A stretch of 64,000 nt of DNA from Eledone cirrhosa (lineage: Eukaryota). The position numbers and the translations under genes were made by a program. Under the pieces are notes generated by a model. It was not told where the DNA came from. It saw only the letters and a program-made list of their open reading frames with translations, and did not search any database. Shown piece after piece: positions 62,383 through 64,000 of this stretch. Positions within the stretch are counted from its first letter, which is position 1. The number at the start of each line of letters is the position of its first letter. The stretch spans positions 41,726,001-41,790,000 of the forward strand of contig OZ024744.1 of the NCBI GenBank assembly GCA_964016885.1, given 5' to 3'.

Positions 62383-62720
62383 GGAGGCACATGGCTTAGT
62401 GGTTAGAGCATTGGCCTTGCAATCGAAAGGTTGTGAGTTCAATTCTCAGACCGGGTGATGTGTTGTTTCCTTGAACAAGACACTTTATTTCACTTTATTT
62501 CCCTTTATTTCACATGTAGAAATGAGATGATAGGGACCGGGGTCCCTATCATTCCACTGCAAAGTGGTCGTGGAGGTGCCACGGCAAAAAAGCACCCAGC
62601 ACTCACTGTAAATGAGGTTGGTGTTAGGAAGGGCATCCACCTGTAGAAATCAAGCCAGAATCTGTTCCCGTCCCGCCCTTGCAAGCAGGGAAAAGCGGAC
62701 GTAAAATGAAATGATGATGA
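62383..62720 (+). mobile_element. tRNA-derived SINE, family B (deleted copy on - strand at ~60880-61110)
   Basis: TGGCTTAGTGG A box, GAGTTCAATTC B box, CCTTGAACAAGACACTT, and an RTE-like tail with (GAT)n. Confidence 0.88.
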
Positions 62721-63698
62721 AAATGAATGCCCTTCTCAGGACATGAACACTACCTGTCAGCTCTATTTTCTGTATCTCTTGCAGTGATGGCTTTCCAGGT
62801 ATCTGGTCCAAATACCTTTCTGGCTTTCCGGGTGGCTTCCTTCACCTCATAAAAAGAAGATAACTTCATATTAGAAGGAAAAACTCTGCTGTATTGGTTC
62901 TTAATTCTACTACTACTTGTAGTAGTAGTAGTGGCGGTGGTAGTGATAGTAGTAGTAGTGATAATGATCAAATAGTTGGTTCTATCTATATATAGCTTGT
63001 TTTCTTATTTTGCTGCTAAGACATACCAATAAAGACCCCTTTCTAAATATTTCTAACTTTTTGGTTTCTCATAATTCTGTATCTGAACTTGTGTTTGTTT
63101 TTTTTTCTGTTTGTTTGTTTTTACTGTTATTGTTTTTCTTGGGGTTTGTAATTAATTTATCTATTTGTTTACTTTCACAATTTCATTACCTCAGGAAGGA
63201 CATTTTTGCTTGCTTCACTGTACATCCTTGTTACTTTGTATTTAAACCCTCCTGGCTGACTTCAGTTTATACTAAGAAAAGAAAAAATATACAAAAGAGA
63301 CAGAGACAGGCAGGCAAACAGACAAACATACAAACAATCAGAGAATAATAAATTAATATTTGGTCTACTAGATAAATCCAAATGTTATGAAATGAGAATC
63401 AGAGAGCAGAATGTTTTTGTTTTTTGTTGTTGAGGTTTATTTATAATATCCAACTAAATCTTCATTGTTAATTAAATGAGATTATTGAACTTAAAATATC
63501 TTATATTTTCACTAACAGTCACTAAATCTGTTTATTTGTCAAATTGTTTGATGTAATATTTTCAAATATACAGTCATACCTCACTTACTGATCAGGTCTC
63601 ATCTCTCCAACTTAACCATGAAATTGAATATGTCAGTAAATGAATAATTCTTTGTCAAAAAACCAATTCCTTTATGACCAGATTCTGTCCCAATTACT

Positions 63699-63703
<5 letters not shown>

Positions 63704-63739
<36 letters not shown>

Positions 63740-64000
63740 TATCATCATCATCATTTTTACGCCTGCTTTTCCATGCTTACATGGGTTGGACAGGTCCTTC
63801 TCAACATGGCATTTCTTCACTGGTCATGTTCCTTCATCTTCTCTGCTAATTTTAGTGATTTGAGGTCAGCTCTGACTACCTCTGCCTATGTTTTTTTATG
63901 GTCTTCCTCTACTACATCTTCCTTCTACTGGGATTTCTTGGCACTTCTTTACCCAGCAGTCATCCTCCATGTGCATCACATGTCCATACCATCGCAGTAT
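63704..64000 (-). mobile_element. RTE LINE 3' end with (GAT)n tail; runs off the window end
   Basis: Minus strand LRWYGHVMHM...GRRRP and CATGTAAGCATGGAAAAGCAGGCGTAAAA(ATG)n. Confidence 0.8.

Noticed and set aside
62383-62460. tRNA gene (TGC-like loop)
   Set aside because: No proper acceptor stem. It continues into a multicopy SINE body and LINE tail.

Overview
AT-rich, microsatellite-dense eukaryotic DNA made almost entirely of transposable elements. The repeat spectrum is compatible with a mollusc/cephalopod genome, but this is inference only. No host protein-coding gene could be identified with confidence. The main feature is an ~18 kb head-to-tail array (41322-59510) of five Tx1-clade non-LTR retrotransposons. 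Each copy starts directly after the (ATT)n tail of the previous one. One copy is full length, with an intact 1139-aa APE-RT-zinc-finger ORF2. A tRNA-derived SINE family shares the Tx1 3' end, the (ATT)n tail and the tandem stacking, suggesting an (ATT)n-targeting LINE/SINE pair. Hammerhead-ribozyme-like motifs occur in four unrelated repeat families: a decayed Penelope-like element with direct pLTRs, an element with inverted termini, a non-coding interleaved inverted-repeat element, and a short minimal-hammerhead repeat. Also present are RTE (with a PHD-like insert), R4/Dong, Hero-like, CRE-like and CR1-like LINE remnants, several Helitrons with A|TC...CTAG|T ends, piggyBac- and Chapaev3-like MITEs, and a few weak splice-site-bounded exon candidates. 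Boundaries of decayed elements are approximate.
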